From NCBI GenBank assembly GCA_963674945.2, contig CAXXWQ010000004.1, positions 2,752,001-2,816,000 on the forward strand: 64,000 nucleotides of DNA, read 5' to 3'. Under the pieces are notes generated by a model. That model saw only the letters and a list, made by a program, of their open reading frames with translations. It had not been told where the DNA came from and made no database searches. This document shows positions 52,001 through 60,730 of this stretch, one piece after another (within the stretch, counting starts at the first letter, position 1; each line of letters begins with the position of its first letter). This stretch comes from an uncultured Desulfosarcina sp. (lineage in GTDB: Bacteria > Desulfobacterota > Desulfobacteria > Desulfobacterales > Desulfosarcinaceae). Position numbers and translations under genes: made by a program.

Positions 52001-52475
52001 TCGTCAGCACGAGGATCAACGCGAATACCGGGTTCACTCGACCATGCAGACCAGCGGATCACAGGGCACACCCTTCATCTACCCCGGAACCACCTCCATT
52101 TCCGGCCTCTTTTTGGCGGATCCGCCGGGCATCCAGCTCTCCAAGCGGACCAAAGGGTCCGCCGCCGCCATCATGGCCGCCGCCGCCATGCCACGGGGGC
52201 CGCGCCAAAGCCGCGGTTTCACCGTTTCGGTAAACCGGGAATTGTGCCGAAGCTGCGGTCGATGTATCGCCGTCTGCCCTTACCAGGCCATCGCCTTCCA
52301 CTCCGACGGCGAAGGCGGATACTACGCCCGGGTGGACGAAGCCCTGTGCAAGGGGTGTGGCAATTGTATCTCCGTTTGTCCCTCGGACGCCGCCGACAGT
52401 CTGTACCGGGATCATCTCTACTTGGAGAAGACCGTTGAAAGCATGCTTGCCGTGTCCGATACCGGCCGGCAGTAA
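49092..52475 (+). CDS. HdrL-type chimera: HdrA-like scaffold with inserted GltD/NfnA-like NAD(P)H:flavin Fe-S module
   Basis: ATGA overlap with korG. Motifs CQANCP...CGRVCHHPCE, GSGPAG, GGGNAAID..YRR, EACRCLQC. HdrA-like RMGVFACRC and VNLR; C-terminal 2[4Fe-4S]. Confidence 0.85.
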   Translation: MKSPKNRLHRVLVVGATPAGVAATNKLGELGIPVTLVDKHTDLNEKLADDRYRLNSGVPFNFAHRPGLIRILGNPGIRCVLPATVTGAKHSRQGFAVKIERHQTFVDPNRCTLCGKCMAVCPVSDESGKAPISFASRMALPGRATIDKRQDPLCQANCPLGVNAQGYIALASAGRYDEALALVRKDNVLPGICGRVCHHPCEAACRRSEVDAPLAIRDIKRFLADHGRQNPVSGSPSDKPTRPEKIAVVGSGPAGLAAAADLAWNGFAVTLFEKKSKAGGLLRYGIGPYRLPREIIDEEIEAIVRMGVSLRTGHAIDLAQGLDELKKEFSAVILTVGTWADRRLGVPGEDLDGISGSLSFLERFSDNEIRSVEGNVAVIGGGNAAIDVSRAAIRLGAKSVQIVYRRTRAEMPAWEEEIHAAEAEGIRIMECRQVTEFVGKNGRLQGLRLVATRPGPADENGRSLPIPVEDGDTTVLPVDRVFLAIGQKGAYRFSGRGIRATAQGYLAADPTGQTDMPKVWAAGDAVSGASTVVQAMADGRAVAKAVMDELLGTDEPFDASDITRRPKGREFIPIDPNMVACMRTPMPEIALSARQGSFAEVAKGYDENQMKREACRCLQCASCSECLACVTACGVNRAIRHDEPAELLTENAGVVIIADPEMGMHIRGEDVIRAYGPKSAKSDVYAMLIRGFAAAAKAMALLKDTSSRPKGHGIAFVPPDPGLDERIRMGVFACRCNDSLGWTPQMDAYMENLNRRSDIVHAEMLPSACLPEGVGQIVATIRDRRLTRVVLASCVCCPLNFVCSACTQQRSRLKTGLFVGTGISRSMVQTVNLRGEALRMVEKDPDLAQTRFTAVMDSTIRLAAKLLPFPAPVRTYNFTTAVIGQSEAAATAAVTLAESGLDVVMLGTRKNPLEKPPLHPNIRSFVDGHVEAISGTLGNFRVFVKNGHTSWTFTVGGIVLGENSRKINLYRQHEDQREYRVHSTMQTSGSQGTPFIYPGTTSISGLFLADPPGIQLSKRTKGSAAAIMAAAAMPRGPRQSRGFTVSVNRELCRSCGRCIAVCPYQAIAFHSDGEGGYYARVDEALCKGCGNCISVCPSDAADSLYRDHLYLEKTVESMLAVSDTGRQ

Positions 52476-52486
52476 AGGATAAATCC

Positions 52487-54070
52487 ATGGCCCCGTTCAA
52501 AATCATACTGTTTTTGTGCAACTGGAGTCCCCATGCCGCCTACCAGACCCTGCAGGACCGGGGGATGGACATTCCTCCCGAAATCATGATGGTCCGCATT
52601 CCCTGTAGCGGGCGTATCACGAAAGCCCTTTTGCTCAGGGCGTTTGAGATGGGTGCCGACGGTGTTCTTCTTCTGGGTTGCCGGCCAGGAGCGTGCCGGT
52701 ACGGCAGCGGCACCCAGGCGGCCCGGGACAACACCACCGAGACCCGGCGCATCCTCGAGCTCTTGGGATTGGGTGCCGACCGGCTGCAGTTGGGAAATTT
52801 CCTGCCCGACCAGCCCGATCTTCTGCTGGAATTGCTGCAGAATTTCTCCCGAAAGATCAAACAGATGGGAAAGAGCCCCATCTCGGAAGCGACCGAACCC
52901 ATGGAAGAAGCGCTTTCCGACATGGATGCCGGTGCCATCGTCGCCCACCACGACGTCTTCGCCTGTCAGGATTGCGGAAAGTGTACCTCGGCCTGCACCC
53001 TGGCACTGGCCGGCAAACCCTTTTCACCCCGGCAGGTCGTCGGCGACATCATCGCCGGAAGGGCCGACTCGCTTGAGGTCCGTCATGCGGTCAATGCCTG
53101 CCTCACCTGCGGCGTCTGTTACGAGCGGTGTCCGTCGGCGGTCGACTTCCCGGCCTTCATTCAATCCATGCGGGCCTATTATCGCCGGCGGGATATGGAA
53201 CTGGCGCCCACCCACGGGGGATTTTTCCAAAGCATGATGCGAACCATGGCGACGGAGCAGTGCGCTCCCGTAAGGTGGCAGTCACTGCCACCGGGCATCG
53301 ACACCCAGCCCAGGGGAGAAGTCCTCTTTTTCGGCGGCTGCGCCCCCTATTTCGACATCTTCTTCGGCAAGTTCCTGGGGGTCGACACCGCAAGAATCCT
53401 CGAAGACAGCCTTCGGCTGCTCAATTTCTTCGACGTCACACCGGCGGTGTTGGAAGGTGAGCGCTGTTGCGGCCACGACCTGTTGTGGACGGGGGACCGG
53501 GAAAACTTCTTGCGTCTGGCCCGAAAAAACGCCGCCGCCTTCGCCGAGACGGGGGCCAGTGAACTGATCACCGCCTGTCCCGAATGTTATCGTACCCTCG
53601 CCCACGACTATGGGGCCAATGGCGTCGATCTGCCGCTCACCGTCACCCATATGTACCAATTTTTAGAAAGGGAGATCGACAAGGGCGCTGTTGGATTCAA
53701 GTCCCTGGATCGCCGGGTGACTTTCCAGGACAGCTGTCGCCAGAGCCGCATGGACGGGCTTTCCGATCTGCCGCGGCGGTTGATCCGGAAGATGTCCGGC
53801 ACGGATTTTACGGAAATGCCCGAGTCGGGAAAGGCCGCCGTGTGCTGCGGCAACAGCGCCTGGACCGGCTGTGACCGGTACTCCAAAGCCTTGCAGGTGA
53901 AAAGACTGGACAGCGCCAAGGCAACGGGCAGCGACCTCATGCTCACCGCATGTCCCAAGTGCCAGATCCACCTGCGCTGTGCCATGGAAGACGCGGTACG
54001 GGGCGAGAATTTGAAAATGGAAATGATGGACCTGACCAGTGCCATCGCCAGGACGATTTATTGGGAATGA
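52487..54070 (+). CDS. MvhD-HdrD fusion (2Fe-2S delta domain, 2[4Fe-4S], two CCG domains)
   Basis: FLCNW, RIPCSGR, GADGV..GC..GAC; CQDCGKC, CLTCGVC; CCG..CPEC and CCG..CPKC. Confidence 0.9.
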   Translation: MAPFKIILFLCNWSPHAAYQTLQDRGMDIPPEIMMVRIPCSGRITKALLLRAFEMGADGVLLLGCRPGACRYGSGTQAARDNTTETRRILELLGLGADRLQLGNFLPDQPDLLLELLQNFSRKIKQMGKSPISEATEPMEEALSDMDAGAIVAHHDVFACQDCGKCTSACTLALAGKPFSPRQVVGDIIAGRADSLEVRHAVNACLTCGVCYERCPSAVDFPAFIQSMRAYYRRRDMELAPTHGGFFQSMMRTMATEQCAPVRWQSLPPGIDTQPRGEVLFFGGCAPYFDIFFGKFLGVDTARILEDSLRLLNFFDVTPAVLEGERCCGHDLLWTGDRENFLRLARKNAAAFAETGASELITACPECYRTLAHDYGANGVDLPLTVTHMYQFLEREIDKGAVGFKSLDRRVTFQDSCRQSRMDGLSDLPRRLIRKMSGTDFTEMPESGKAAVCCGNSAWTGCDRYSKALQVKRLDSAKATGSDLMLTACPKCQIHLRCAMEDAVRGENLKMEMMDLTSAIARTIYWE

Positions 54071-54224
54071 GATGTGGGAGTATTCATACGAGAAGGTGGA
54101 ACTCGCCTTCGGCTCGATTGATGATGAAATGACGGAGTGAAGCGACTGCGAACTTTCCGGCTCCCGTATTCTTTTGATCTATCTTGAGGATAGACAGCAC
54201 AGACAAAACAATAGGAAACCAACC

Positions 54225-56657
54225 ATGAAATCAACAGCAACCGCATCCATACCGGCAAACATCCCCGAAGAGCTTCGCATCGGCGTCTACGTCTGCCATT
54301 GCGGGCTAAACATCGCACAGACGGTGGACTGCGACGGCGTGGCCCAGGAGATGGCATCGCTGCCCGATGTGGTCGTATCCAAAGGGATCGGCTACGCCTG
54401 CAGCGAACCGGGCCAGCGGGAAATCCGCGAGGATATCGAAGAAAACGGGCTCAACCGCATCGTGGTGGCATCGTGTTCGCCACGGCTTCACGAACCCACC
54501 TTCCGCCAGATGATCAAGGACGCCGGCCTCAATCCCTACTTGCTGGAAATGACCAACCTGCGGGAGCAGTGCAGTTGGGTGCACATGAAGGCGCCTGCCG
54601 ATGCTACGAAAAAGGCCCTGGACCTGGTCAAGATGTCCCTGGCACGGGTGCGGCAGCATGTTCCCTTGCACGAATCGCAGCTGCCCCTTACCAAACGGGT
54701 CATGGTGATCGGCGGCGGCGTTGCCGGCATCCAATCGGCCCTGGACCTGGCCGACAACGGATTCGATGTCGTCATGGTGGAAAAGCAGCCTTCCATCGGC
54801 GGGGTCATGGCCCAGTTGGACAAGACCTTTCCCACCATGGATTGCTCCATCTGAATCCTCGGTCCGAAAATGACGGATGCCGGTCGGCATCCTCGCATAA
54901 CCATCCACACCTTGAGCGAAGTGAAGGATGTAAAGGGATATGTGGGCAATTTCGACGTGCGAATCGTCAAGAAAGCCCGCTATGTGGACGAGACGGCGTG
55001 CACCGCATGCGGCGAGTGCGCCCGGGTCTGCCCGGTGGTGCGCCCGGACGAATTCAATATGGGGTTAAGTTCGCGAAAGGCCATCTATTCCCCCTTTCCC
55101 CAGGCCGTGCCGTCGGCCTACGTGCTCAACCCCCACGAATGCCTGGGGCACAACCCCACGGTGTGCAGCAAGTGCCTGGAGGCGTGCGAGAAAAAGTGCA
55201 TCGATTTTCACATGTCCGACGAGACCATCGACGAGCGGGTGGGGGCCATCGTGGTGGCCACGGGGCTTACCCCCCACGACCCGAAGGTGATGGACGAGTA
55301 CGGCTACACCCGTTTCGAAAACGTGCTCACCAGCATGGAGTTCGAGCGGCTGGTCAACGCCGGGGGCCCAACCCAGGGGGCGGTGGTGCGCCCCACGGAT
55401 CGAAAGCATCCCAAATCCATCGGGTTCATCCAGTGCGTGGGGTCCCGTTCGGCCCGGCGGGGCAAACCCTATTGTTCCAACATCTGCTGCATGAATACGG
55501 TGAAAAGCACCCTTGTGCTCAAGGAGCACTATCCCGAGATGGACGTCAAGGTCTTTTACATCGACATCCGGGCTTTCGGCAAAGGGTTCGAGGATCTTTA
55601 TATGCGAAGCCGCCGCCTGGGCACCCACTACGTGCGGGGCCTTCCCGGCAACGTGGAGCAGCTTTCCGACGGCAGCCTTCGCGTGGCCGTGGAAAATACC
55701 GCCACGGGAAGACTAAACTACTACGACCTGGACATGCTGGTGCTGGCCATCGGCATGGAGCCGGCCCAAAGTACCCAGCGGCTTCAGGAGATGCTGGGGC
55801 TGCAGCTCACCTCGGACGGCTTTTTCCTGGAGGCTCACCCCAAACTCCAGCCCGTCGACGCGGCGACACGGGGGGTCTTTTACGCTGGTTGCGCCGAAGG
55901 GCCAAAGGACATCAAGGATTCGGTCACCCAGGCATCGGCAGCGGCGGTGCGGACCATTCGTCTCTTGCACGAAGGGCACATCACCGCGGAAGCGATCACC
56001 GCAGAAGTGATCACCGACAAGTGCAAGATCTGCGGACGATGCGCCCAGGTATGCCCCTACAACGCCATCACCGTGGACGTGAAGAAGAAGATTCCGGCCC
56101 AGGTCACCACCGCCGCCTGCAGCGGTTGCGGCACCTGCGCGGCCGAATGTAAATTCGACGCCATTGTCACCAACCACTTCACCGACGGACAGATTACCGG
56201 TCAGATCGATGCCATGCTCGAACGAGAGCCCACGGAGAAGATCCTGGCCTTTGCCTGCAACTGGTGCTCCTATGCCGGGGCCGACTATGCCGGCGTCTCC
56301 CGATTGCAGTATCCGCCCAATGTCCGCCTGATTCGCACCATGTGCTCGGGCCGGGTCAGCGAGAAGTTCATCTGGGAAGGGTTCAAGATGGGCGCTCCGG
56401 TGGTTCTCGTCAGCGGCTGCCACATCGGCGACTGCCACTACATCGACGCCAACCACTGGACCGAAAAGCGCATCGCCAAGATGCACAAGAAGATGGAAAA
56501 GCGGGGCATCCGCCCCGAACGGCTTCAGCTCTCATGGATCAGCGCCGCCGAAGGCGTGCGCTTCGCCCAGGTGATGGAAAAAATGGAGGCATTGCGGCGG
56601 TCGGTGACCCGGGAGGAAATCGAGTCCACCAAGGCGATTCTCGGAGAAAAAAGGTGA
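54225..56657 (+). CDS. hdrA: Selenocysteine-containing HdrA fused to MvhD
   Basis: Track ORFs 54174..54854 and 54870..56657 are in frame and separated by one TGA in DKTFPTMDCSI-U-ILGPKM, a conserved Cys position. C-terminal CNWCSY...MCSGR MvhD domain. Confidence 0.92.
54874..54891 (+). promoter_or_regulatory. Putative bacterial SECIS hairpin
   Basis: GGATGCC-GGTC-GGCATCC, about 20 nt after the in-frame UGA at 54852, with G in the apical loop. Confidence 0.75.
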
Positions 56658-56691
56658 TGAAAAGAGGGACCTGATTTGCACCAAATGGCTG

Positions 56692-57735
56692 TCAGGCAAT
56701 CGATGCGGCCATGATGTCCCGGACAGCACCGATTGCCTGATAGATATCATCCACATCTACGGCCAGGCTTGTCACCGCGCGGATGGTATGCGCCCCTGTC
56801 GGCAGAACCAGCACGTTCTTCTCCTTCAACAGGTCGGCAAATTGTTTTGCCGTTCTGTCTTCGACATCGAAGTACACCATATTTGTGTCAATTATGTCAC
56901 TGTTCACATGGATCCCGGGAATTTCGTCCAACCCGGACGCAAGCCGCCTGGCGTTGGCATGGTCATCCGCCAACCGCTTGCGGTGGTGTCGCAAGGCATA
57001 GAGCCCGCCAGCCGCAATAATCCCGGCTTGTCGCATTCCGCCGCCAAACTGCTTGCGGAAACGACGTGCACGCGCCACGAATTCTGCACTCCCTGCAAGC
57101 GCCGAACCCACGGGTGCCCCAAGACCCTTGGAGAAGCAAACGCTCACACTGTCAAATTCTTTGGCGTACTCTGATTCCGCAATTCCTGTCGCCACCGATG
57201 CGTTCCACATTCGGGCCCCGTCGAGATGGGTACGGATGCCTTCTTCCCGGGCAACGCTGCATACCCCTTGAATCTGTTCCAACGTCCAGATCGATCCTCC
57301 TCCTCGATTATGGGTATTCTCTACGGCGAGCAAACGTGTGGGCGGAAAATGGATGTCTTTTGGCCGAAGGGCGGCACGTACGTCGGCTGCGGAGAACACA
57401 CCGCGCACTCCCGGCAAAATCCGGCAAATCACACCCGACAGCGCTGCCGATGCGCCGGCCTCATACCAGTAGATGTGCGCATTGGCATCCAGCAGCATTT
57501 CATCACCGGGTTGTGTGTGACAGCGGATTGCCACCTGATTCGCCATGGTCCCCGATGGGACGAAGACCGCCGCCTCCTTGCCGAGCAACGCGGCAGTATG
57601 ACGCTCCAATTCCTTTACTGTTGGGTCGTCCCCCATGACATCGTCACCTACGTTTGCCTCCGCCATCGCTTGACGCATGGCCCCGGTTGGCTTGGTGACG
57701 GTGTCGCTTCGCAGGTCTATCGTTTTGATGTTCAT
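56692..57735 (-). CDS. ltaE: Low-specificity L-threonine aldolase
   Basis: [43 protein letters not shown]. Confidence 0.95.
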   Translation of the reverse strand: MNIKTIDLRSDTVTKPTGAMRQAMAEANVGDDVMGDDPTVKELERHTAALLGKEAAVFVPSGTMANQVAIRCHTQPGDEMLLDANAHIYWYEAGASAALSGVICRILPGVRGVFSAADVRAALRPKDIHFPPTRLLAVENTHNRGGGSIWTLEQIQGVCSVAREEGIRTHLDGARMWNASVATGIAESEYAKEFDSVSVCFSKGLGAPVGSALAGSAEFVARARRFRKQFGGGMRQAGIIAAGGLYALRHHRKRLADDHANARRLASGLDEIPGIHVNSDIIDTNMVYFDVEDRTAKQFADLLKEKNVLVLPTGAHTIRAVTSLAVDVDDIYQAIGAVRDIMAASIA

Positions 57736-57822
57736 GTCATCTGTCTCTTTTTCATTGTGGTTTTTCATGATGAAATTATCAAAACCGCCCAGTCGAAGTA
57801 ATGCATTATAAACGCATATTTT

Positions 57823-58160
57823 CTACTCTTTTCTCCCGATCATGACGCCGCCGTTTCTCTCAACAAATGACATTCCTGCCGCCTTCATCCATGACTTGAC
57901 TTCCGACACGGTATACGTATCGCCGGACTTCTTCAGAACGTTCAGTGCGCAAAGGGTATTCAGCAAACGGTCCGTTCCTCGTTGATCCGCACAAATGGCA
58001 TCGGAAATATCCCTGGAAGATTTCTCTTCGTCTCCCAATACGGTAAACACATCCAATTCATAGGCCGTAAGCAAGATGCGACTTTTCTGAAAAGCCCGGG
58101 ACAGCGCCATCATTTGGTTCAAGGACATGCCATCCGATGTTTCATTTGTTACATCGTTCA
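57823..58160 (-). pseudogene. O-methyltransferase with in-frame internal deletion (SAM-binding core missing)
   Basis: The dimerisation domain (SRILLTAYELDVFT...RLLNTLCAL) is joined directly to the typical C-terminus GDTYTVSEVKSWM. Confidence 0.7.
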
Positions 58161-58400
58161 TCGATTTCTCCATGATTGAATTTCGATTATATTTCCTTCT
58201 GGATCTCGGAAGTAAACAAACATTAAATTTCCTACACCTTCAACATTTCTTTCGGTGATTTTTCCTAATCCTAATAACCGGCCACCATGTTGTATCGCCA
58301 AATCCAGCGTGTGGCAAACATCTCGTACCTCGAATGCGATATGGGTGAACCCGATGAAATTCGCCATTATCGGAGTATGGTCCTGCATAGATAAATAACG
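58158..58400 (-). pseudogene. 5'-truncated VOC/glyoxalase protein
   Basis: Only the second half is present (GFTHIAFEV...YFRDPEGNIIE). Confidence 0.65.
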
Positions 58401-58616
58401 CTTCATTCGGTTATAGGCTTATCAATCATGTCATCATTGAGGACTGATAGCATTTTCCGTTTTTGAGTTTGGCAATCCGGTTTTTCTTCTAACCCTCTAA
58501 ATTCACAGGACAAACACCAGTGGCAGCTGCGTTGCCCAGCGCGGCGGGAAACGTCAATTAAAACTTAGATTTACATGGGTGTGCCCTGCTTTTCCTGGAA
58601 CCAGCAGGTCCATGCT

Positions 58617-59105
58617 TTAGTCATTTACACGCTTGCCAATAATAGAAAGACTATATTCGATTCCATCCATTTCGGCAATATTGGGAAGTATGCCCCATTC
58701 TTCAAAACCAAAGGATTTAAACAGCTTTATGCTTGGGGCATTATGGGAAAAAATAAAACAAACAACCGTTTTGATATTCAATTTCCTTGTTCTTTCCAAC
58801 GATTCTTTTAAAAGAGATCGACCCAATCCTTTTCCTCTTTGTTCTGGAGATATATAAATGCTGATTTCAGCAGTATGGTCATACGCGGGCCGCCCATAAA
58901 AAGACTGAAAGCTGACCCAACCAATAACTTTTCCTTTCTCTTCATGGACCAGTAGGGGTCTTTTTTTGGGGTCGTGTTGCCTGAACCATTCCAGCCTCGA
59001 TGCAACAGACACTTCTGATGTATCTGCCGTCGATTGTCTTGTTGATATCGTAGTGTTATATATGGCGACGATATCTTCTAAATCCTTCTCTGCGGCAATT
59101 CTCAT
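58617..59105 (-). CDS. GNAT N-acetyltransferase (phosphinothricin/YncA-like)
   Basis: IVAIYN, RPAY..TAEISIY, RGKGLG, NAPSIKLF..FGF. Confidence 0.9.
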   Translation of the reverse strand: MRIAAEKDLEDIVAIYNTTISTRQSTADTSEVSVASRLEWFRQHDPKKRPLLVHEEKGKVIGWVSFQSFYGRPAYDHTAEISIYISPEQRGKGLGRSLLKESLERTRKLNIKTVVCFIFSHNAPSIKLFKSFGFEEWGILPNIAEMDGIEYSLSIIGKRVND

Positions 59106-59226
59106 TTTCTTTCACCGAATGACGTTTATCACCACATGTTCGTCGGTTAACAATCCACCCTGGTTCCAAATCGCTGGGATAAAATTTGACCGGTGAAACG
59201 TGTCATCAATCCCCTGGTAGGCGTAA

Positions 59227-59469
59227 CTATTTGTTTTCCCATGGGAGTTCTTCAGGAGATGCTTTGCGCCACTCTTCAATTATTCTTTTTGCTTCAGGCA
59301 AATCTGTCTCGGAAACACAAATCAGGCCCCAGCCATATTGCGATTGGAAGAGGCCATCATAGGCAGTATCGTGAAATGATTTTATTTCTGCATATATTCC
59401 GTTTTCCGCTAAAACCGATTTGATTACATTTGCTTCTGCTTCATTCTCAGGCTTCAGTACTGTTTTCAA
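59227..59469 (-). CDS. DUF2007-like small protein
   Basis: EAEANVIKSVLAENGI...ICVSETDLPEAKRII. Confidence 0.75.
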   Translation of the reverse strand: MKTVLKPENEAEANVIKSVLAENGIYAEIKSFHDTAYDGLFQSQYGWGLICVSETDLPEAKRIIEEWRKASPEELPWENK

Positions 59470-59647
59470 GATTTCGTTTCCTGCACTTTTAATGGGTATC
59501 GGCCAATCGCTCGATTTCGATTAAAACAAAATTCGTGCTTGTTTCAAGAAAAAACCCCAAGGAAGCGTTTCCTTCATCGTGTCGATCTGGTAAAAAGCAT
59601 TTGGTGGAAAGATAATGGATACGATGATCGAAAGGAGATTCGTCATA

Positions 59648-60730
59648 ATGGGATCGAAGATGCATAGAAACAGACTCGCCATTTGCGTATTGATGTCGTT
59701 GGTCATTTGGATTTCGTTGGTGACAATGTCCCACGCGCGCACCTATCCCCACATCGTCGCCTTCGGCGACAGCCTCACCGACCATCATGGATTGCAATAC
59801 TACCTGGAGCCCTATGTCGGGTTATACGATCCGGTGACCAATCCCGACGGCGTGCTCGAGGTATGGTCCAACGGCGACGTCTGGGTGGAGTACCTGGCCG
59901 ACGACTGGGATGCGACCCTGGAAAACAACGCCATCGCCGGCGCCATGACCCGGGGACATGAAAATGGAACGGTTCAGGATTATGTGGACAGCGGCTTGTT
60001 GCCACCGCTGGGCCTGGTGGGGCAGGTGGACCGATATGTGGACGCCGACCCCGCATTCGAGCCCGATAGCACCTTGTTCACCATCTGGATCGGCGCCAAC
60101 GACATCCTGGAGTTCGACAAGGGGGATACGGAGTATCCCGATATTTCATCGTTGGTCGAATCGGCGATGCACCGCATCACCAACAGCGTCATCCAGCTAC
60201 ACGATGCAGGCGCCGCGAACTTTTTGATCCTGAACCTGCCGGATATCGGACGCACCCCGGAATACCTCGACACGCCGGAAGCGGCCGCATTGGTCACGGG
60301 ATACGTTCAAGCCTATAACGACGCACTCATCGATGTGATTGCGGACCTGGAAGGCCAACTGCCGGACATCACCATTTATACCTTCGACATGTTCCAATAT
60401 TTGATGGAACTGATTCAAGGCGGGGCCTTTGTCAACGTTACCGGCACCTACATGGAACTGGATGAGGATAACGTCAACGGCGATGCCGCGGACTACCTTT
60501 TCTGGGACAGCATCCATCCCACGACCCGGGCACATGGGATGTTCGCCGAATCCGTATCAGACACCCTTTTTCCCGAAGGCGATGCGGATGACGATGATTT
60601 CTGTTTTATCCGCACCATCGGAGATGACGTCGGCGCGATGCCATCGGTTGCCGCGGGTGGCGCACTCATCGCCCTATTTCTGGTAATGATGGTTCAAATG
60701 GGGAGGCGTTTTTCGGCGGGTCGTCAGTGA
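59648..60730 (+). CDS. Secreted SGNH/GDSL hydrolase with C-terminal CFI motif + TM anchor
   Basis: Signal peptide, FGDSLTD, WSNG, GAND, FWDSIHPT; tail DDDDFCFI...TM...RR. Confidence 0.9.
   Translation: MGSKMHRNRLAICVLMSLVIWISLVTMSHARTYPHIVAFGDSLTDHHGLQYYLEPYVGLYDPVTNPDGVLEVWSNGDVWVEYLADDWDATLENNAIAGAMTRGHENGTVQDYVDSGLLPPLGLVGQVDRYVDADPAFEPDSTLFTIWIGANDILEFDKGDTEYPDISSLVESAMHRITNSVIQLHDAGAANFLILNLPDIGRTPEYLDTPEAAALVTGYVQAYNDALIDVIADLEGQLPDITIYTFDMFQYLMELIQGGAFVNVTGTYMELDEDNVNGDAADYLFWDSIHPTTRAHGMFAESVSDTLFPEGDADDDDFCFIRTIGDDVGAMPSVAAGGALIALFLVMMVQMGRRFSAGRQ

Noticed and set aside
54299..56152. 617-aa alternative-frame ORF spanning the hdrA UGA, a possible frameshift bypass
   Set aside because: Arg/Gly/Pro-rich off-frame translation; in-frame Sec read-through explains the locus.
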